The notes under the pieces are model-generated. The model was not told the DNA's origin, did no database searches, and saw only the letters and a list, made by a program, of their open reading frames with translations. Of a stretch of DNA of 64,000 nucleotides, positions 59,249 to 64,000 are shown piece after piece. The translations under genes were made by a program, and so were the position numbers. The stretch comes from Fibrobacter sp. (GTDB taxonomy: Bacteria > Fibrobacterota > Fibrobacteria > Fibrobacterales > Fibrobacteraceae), in the NCBI GenBank assembly GCA_024398845.1, contig JAKSIM010000001.1:3558-67557 (forward strand), written 5' to 3'. Each line of letters opens with the position of its first letter. Within the stretch, counting starts at the first letter, position 1.

Positions 59249-61612
59249 ATGAAGAAAATACCATATGGTATTTTTGCCGCACTCAGCACATTCGCATTAG
59301 TGGGCTGCGGTGACGATGTTACAAAAGTCTACGAGAATTCCGGAATCGCTTCCGTCGAATCCCTGAAGGACGCAGAATGTTCTGACGAAAACGAAGGTGA
59401 ACTCGTTTTCTCGAACAAGGACATGAATATGTTCGTCTGCTCTAAGGGCGAATGGAAAGTAGCTACGGGCGAAAAGTCCTCAGATAAGGTATTGGGCTGC
59501 GAAGCTAGATCCTTAAAGGACAAGAGCGGCTTTGCCATTTACTGTGGTGGCGATAGCATTGGCGTTGTGTTGAATGGCGTCGACGGTAAAAACGGCGCTG
59601 ACGGTAAAGACGGCGTCGATGGTAAAAACGGCGTCAATGGTAAAGATGGCAAGAACGGTGCAGATGGTGCCGACGGAGCCGATGGCAACGATGGAGCCAC
59701 TGGTGCTGCCGGTAGGGACGGTACTTCGGGCGCCACTGGTGCTGCCGGTACATCCTGCAAAATCCAAAGCGCCACAGCCGATACAGTAAAGATTGCCTGC
59801 GGTGACGATGTCTCTGTCATTACGCTTCCGGGTGCAGGAGCCAAGACTTACAGTCGCAAGGTCGCACTGAGAATCCCTGCAGCAGATATATTCGAGGATG
59901 AAGATTATCCTACAAATAAAAAAGCAAATGTAACGGTGATTGCCCTGAACGAAAAACTTGAGCCGACAGGAACAACCTTCACCTCTACCTTGGTTTTTGC
60001 AGGCTATAAAGAATTTTCGGGTTGGTATACCGGAGCCGAAGAATATTCCCCAATGGAATTAACTTTTGAAGGCACCGTTGACGCCAAGCTCACTAGCCCG
60101 TACGCATTGATTCGCGTACAAACTAAAGTTGGAGAATATTCAATAATTAATGATTTCATTGAATTCGAAGCCTTGGCGGATATGCAAGATGAATCAATAA
60201 TCTCTGTAACTTCGGCAAGCAACTTGAAGGTAGATCGCGTCAAAAAACTCGTGGCCAATGGAACAACCTTTGACAAAGCCATGAAGCAAGCAGATGAAGA
60301 ACTTTACGCAGCCTTTGGCTTTGATTATCGTGGTCCTATTGAAAAGCTCGGCAACGAAAAGTATGCCTATGACCTTTTGGGAATGTTCATGATACCTAAC
60401 ATTTTCGTAAGCATTGACGCAAATACTGATGGCTGTTTTAATTATGAAGTCCTGACAGACAAACTAAAAAAAGGGTTCGCCTTGAATGGGAACTTCAACT
60501 TTAAGATTCCTTACACAAATTTTATCAATGACTATTGTTATAAATTTGAGGATCGTAAAAAACAACTTGGCGAAGAATTCCTATTGGTTGATTTGTTGAA
60601 CTACTTGTTTAGAAATAAAGGCGGACATTTTTTTGAGCTTAAGGAATATCTTGCAAAGATGATGGAACAAGAATACGGATTGCCCTCTTGTGCAAACATA
60701 GAAAAGGACACCGTAGCAATTGTAAAAAAGACTCATTACTCATCTAACGCCCTTTTTATTTGCAGCAAAACGAGTTCTGCATGGGGTTTGATTACGGATA
60801 TGAATGAAGCTGAAAATTTCTATAACATTAACAATGATTCCATTGCTAAATTGACAGGAACCTGTAGTGATAAGAATGAATGGGAGGTTTACGAACTCTT
60901 CGGCGCACACAAGCGTTGCGAAAAGTTCGAAGAAGGGGAATATGACTGGCGCGAAGCTAATGGCGATGAAGAATCGCTAGGATTCTGCCAGAGCGAGAAC
61001 GAAGGCGAAATCCACTACGATGAGGCAACGACTTCGTCTTCTATGTGCAAGGACCATAAATGGGTTGACGTTGACGAGATTACAGCTTATTTAGGCCTCG
61101 TATGTAACGAGAATACTAAACATGATTCCGTCTTTACCAAGGATTCCTTGTATTTCTTCTATTGTGCAGAAATAAATGATGATCAATATGCTTGGGAAAA
61201 CATTAACTCCTTGACGGAAAACGAAGCAGGCTCTCTGTTGTTTGGAAAATGCACGGCAGAACGTAAAGACGAACCTCATTCAATTTGGGTACAAGACGAT
61301 TCAAAAACAACACAAATTCCATTTATATGTAATGGTTCCGAATGGGTTACTATCGAAGAATGCAATGCCGATAATTTCGGCAAAATACTAAAGGGGAACG
61401 ACGGCCAATATTCATATGCTTCTGAATTTGTTCACTTAAAATGCGGTAAAACAGGAAATAATTTTGAATGGCAAAAAACAGAAGATATCGATATTGAAGT
61501 GGGTTTCCCTTGCTATGAAGTAACGGGCCTTGACAAAGAAGACAATACGTACACATACAACAATATTACGTATCAATGCAATATGGAAACGGGATATTGG
61601 TTTGAATATTAA
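59249..61612 (+). CDS. large Cys-rich lipoprotein with collagen-like repeats
   Basis: GAGG SD; lipobox LVGC; G-X-Y run; repeated C..xNxG...C...W modules. Confidence 0.85.
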   Translation: MKKIPYGIFAALSTFALVGCGDDVTKVYENSGIASVESLKDAECSDENEGELVFSNKDMNMFVCSKGEWKVATGEKSSDKVLGCEARSLKDKSGFAIYCGGDSIGVVLNGVDGKNGADGKDGVDGKNGVNGKDGKNGADGADGADGNDGATGAAGRDGTSGATGAAGTSCKIQSATADTVKIACGDDVSVITLPGAGAKTYSRKVALRIPAADIFEDEDYPTNKKANVTVIALNEKLEPTGTTFTSTLVFAGYKEFSGWYTGAEEYSPMELTFEGTVDAKLTSPYALIRVQTKVGEYSIINDFIEFEALADMQDESIISVTSASNLKVDRVKKLVANGTTFDKAMKQADEELYAAFGFDYRGPIEKLGNEKYAYDLLGMFMIPNIFVSIDANTDGCFNYEVLTDKLKKGFALNGNFNFKIPYTNFINDYCYKFEDRKKQLGEEFLLVDLLNYLFRNKGGHFFELKEYLAKMMEQEYGLPSCANIEKDTVAIVKKTHYSSNALFICSKTSSAWGLITDMNEAENFYNINNDSIAKLTGTCSDKNEWEVYELFGAHKRCEKFEEGEYDWREANGDEESLGFCQSENEGEIHYDEATTSSSMCKDHKWVDVDEITAYLGLVCNENTKHDSVFTKDSLYFFYCAEINDDQYAWENINSLTENEAGSLLFGKCTAERKDEPHSIWVQDDSKTTQIPFICNGSEWVTIEECNADNFGKILKGNDGQYSYASEFVHLKCGKTGNNFEWQKTEDIDIEVGFPCYEVTGLDKEDNTYTYNNITYQCNMETGYWFEY

Positions 61613-61628
61613 AATGATTTAATTTTCA

Positions 61629-61656
61629 AAAAAGGCTCGCTTCGGCGGGCCTTTTT
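61629..61656 (+). terminator. intrinsic terminator
   Basis: AAAAAGGCTCGC-TTCG-GCGGGCCTTTTT. Confidence 0.9.
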
Positions 61657-61739
61657 CATTAAGTCTTTTAGAACGCATTGCAAATGAAATCATCTTTTTT
61701 CTATAATTGCGCCAAACTCAACTTCAATTGGATTTTATT

Positions 61740-64000
61740 ATGACTCTTCGCGAAGCTTTTGAAAACAAGATGCTCTTGCTCGATGGCGGTATGGGTTCCG
61801 TCATTCAAACCTACGGAATCAAGGGAGCGAACAACGATATGCTCAGCATTGAAAGGCCGGACGTGATTCTCGATATCCAGCGCCGTTACGTGGATGCCGG
61901 AGTCGACGTTCTCACCACGAATACGTTTTCGAGCCAGCGCGTGAGCCAGCACGAATACCATCAGGAGCACCGAATCGCCGAGATGAACCGCGCAGCGGTC
62001 GCGATTGCAAAGCAAGCCGCAAACGAAGCCATGGAAAAGTATGGCCGCAAGGTATACGTTTTGGGCGACGTGGGTCCGACCAGCAAAATGCTCTCGATGA
62101 GCGAAGACGTAAACGACCCCGCAAGTCGCAGCATCACTTTTGACGAACTCGAAAGTGCCTATCTGGAACAGATTGAAGTTTTGATGGACGCGGGCGTAGA
62201 CGCCATTTTGATTGAAACGATTTTTGACACGCTCAACGCAAAGGCTGCCCTGAGCGCATTTGACAAGGCTAGAGCAAACCGCAACGAAGCCGCCCAAAAA
62301 GCCGGCAAGGACTGCTCGCCGATTGAAGTGATGCTTTCGATGACGGTAAGCGACGCTTCGGGACGCACTCTTTCGGGTCAAACCGTCGAAGCGTTCGCCA
62401 CAAGCGTGATGCACATGAAGCCGCTCTCCATTGGCCTCAACTGCGGGCTCGGCGCCGACGGCATGGTTCCTTACCTGCGTCGTATGTCTGCCGTGGCTCC
62501 ATGCTTTATCAGTTGCCACCCCAATGCAGGGCTCCCGAACCAGTTTGGCGGTTACGACGACAAGCCCGAAGACATGGTGCGCAAGATGGGCGTCTATCTG
62601 GACGAACATTTGGTGAATATGATTGGCGGTTGCTGCGGAACGACTCCGGACCACATTGCCGCAATGCGCAAGATGCTCGATGCACTCCCGGCAAGTTACA
62701 AGCGCCGCGAACCCGCGAAGCTCCCGCAACAACTCCGCGTTGCGGGCCTGGAACCGCTCTTTGCCGAAAACGGAACCTTTGTAAAGGTGGGTGAACGCTG
62801 CAACGTCGCAGGTTCCAAAAAGTTCCTCCGCCTCATTAACGAAAAGAATTACGAAGAAGCTCTTGAAATCGCCAAAAAACAAGTCGAAGACGGCGCAACC
62901 GTCATTGACGTGAACATGGACGACGGTCTCCTCGACGCGAAGGCCGAAATGCAGACATTCCTGAACTTGCTCGCCTCGGACCCGGCCGTGAGCTGCGTGC
63001 CCATCATGGTGGACAGTTCCCGTTTCGAAATCATTGAAGCGGGCCTCAAGTGCTGCCAAGGCAAGTGCATTGTAAATTCCATTTCTTTAAAAACCGGCGA
63101 AAAGGACTTCATTGACCATGCGCTCGCCATCCGCCGTTTGGGAGCCGCCCTCATTGTGATGCTCTTTGACGAAGAAGGACAGGCAACCGATTACGACCGC
63201 CGCATTAAAATCGCCGCACGAGCTTACGATATTTTGGTCAAGCAACTCGGTTTCAATCCGGGTGACATCATCTTTGACCCGAACGTTTTGACAGTCGCAA
63301 CCGGCATGGCAGAACACAACGCCTATGCAAGCGACTTTATTCGCGCCTCTCGCTGGATTATTGACAATCTCCCGGGAGTTCGCATTTCTGGCGGACTTTC
63401 GAACCTGAGTTTCGCCTTCCGTGGCAACAACTACCTGCGCGAAGCAATGCACTCCGTATTTTTGCACCATGCCATTCCGAATGGTGTGGGCATGGCCATT
63501 ATGAACCCGGCCGCCGAAGTTGCCTACAAGACGATTCCGATGGAACTGCGCCTCACAATTACCGAAGTCATTTTGAATACGGAACCGGAAGCAAGCGAAG
63601 AACTCATCGAAATCGCAAGCCGCATGACCGCAGCCCAAAACGCGGCAAAAGAAGCGGGTGCAAAGTACGACCCCAAGGCCATTTTTGCAATGAGTACCGG
63701 CAATGCAACAGCAGACAATAACTCCGCCGCCGAAGTTGCCGTAAAACTCACCGTCGAAGAACGCTTGCAACAAGCGCTCCTCAAGGGAAGTTCCTCCACG
63801 CTCGACGTGGACCTCAAGGAACTCCTTGACCGCGGCGACAATCCAGTACAAATTATTTCGGGCCCACTCATGGACGGCATGAACGAAGTTGGCCGCCAGT
63901 TTGGCGCAGGTCAAATGTTCCTTCCACAGGTCGTGAAAACCGCGCGCACCATGAAAAAGGCCGTCGAGATTTTGCAGCCATACATCGAAGCGGGCAAGGC
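61740..64000 (+). CDS. metH: B12-dependent methionine synthase (runs off the window edge; absent from the ORF track)
   Basis: Manual translation MTLREAFENKMLLLDGGMG; GLNCG, GGCCGTTP, VGERCNVAGSKKF, GQMFLPQVVKTAR. Confidence 0.96.
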   Translation, partial: MTLREAFENKMLLLDGGMGSVIQTYGIKGANNDMLSIERPDVILDIQRRYVDAGVDVLTTNTFSSQRVSQHEYHQEHRIAEMNRAAVAIAKQAANEAMEKYGRKVYVLGDVGPTSKMLSMSEDVNDPASRSITFDELESAYLEQIEVLMDAGVDAILIETIFDTLNAKAALSAFDKARANRNEAAQKAGKDCSPIEVMLSMTVSDASGRTLSGQTVEAFATSVMHMKPLSIGLNCGLGADGMVPYLRRMSAVAPCFISCHPNAGLPNQFGGYDDKPEDMVRKMGVYLDEHLVNMIGGCCGTTPDHIAAMRKMLDALPASYKRREPAKLPQQLRVAGLEPLFAENGTFVKVGERCNVAGSKKFLRLINEKNYEEALEIAKKQVEDGATVIDVNMDDGLLDAKAEMQTFLNLLASDPAVSCVPIMVDSSRFEIIEAGLKCCQGKCIVNSISLKTGEKDFIDHALAIRRLGAALIVMLFDEEGQATDYDRRIKIAARAYDILVKQLGFNPGDIIFDPNVLTVATGMAEHNAYASDFIRASRWIIDNLPGVRISGGLSNLSFAFRGNNYLREAMHSVFLHHAIPNGVGMAIMNPAAEVAYKTIPMELRLTITEVILNTEPEASEELIEIASRMTAAQNAAKEAGAKYDPKAIFAMSTGNATADNNSAAEVAVKLTVEERLQQALLKGSSSTLDVDLKELLDRGDNPVQIISGPLMDGMNEVGRQFGAGQMFLPQVVKTARTMKKAVEILQPYIEAGK

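Noticed and set aside
59570-59750. Phage tail fibre or prophage suggested by collagen repeats
   Set aside because: Repeats lie in lipobox-bearing host-type lipoproteins and no phage genes are present

Overview
Bacterial chromosomal window, very probably Fibrobacter (Fibrobacterota), judged from a TIGR02147 paralog, a FISUMP/TIGR02145 lipoprotein, a CotH protein with a basic C-terminal tail and Fibrobacter-style short repeats. Housekeeping content: hisF (partial), trxA, tRNA-Gln, lpxH, rsmI, lnt, glnS, aroE, an aroK-aroB fusion, eukaryote-type hisA, mutY, rsmB, fmt, an rlmD-like gene, an Mla/Pqi ABC operon, cidA/lrgB, a TPP riboswitch with cytX, and metH (partial). Many secreted, lipoprotein and outer-membrane genes lie between them. 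A small accessory patch at about 39.3-42.7 kb holds the FISUMP gene, an Rpn nuclease and IS200. The most notable signals are: (1) stand-alone promoter / C,A-rich linker / terminator units that look like a family of 55-85 nt small RNAs; (2) a TAnnTT-like box 6-7 nt before the start codon of at least 15 SD-less genes, implying pervasive leaderless mRNAs; (3) a modular heptamer/palindromic repeat inserted in frame into rsmB and seen again at cidA; (4) a probable gene-within-gene (RpnS) in the Rpn nuclease; (5) helically phased GGGAAC repeats upstream of the TIGR02147-lipoprotein pair; (6) several apparent pseudoenzymes. All family names come from motif recognition by eye; no searches were run.
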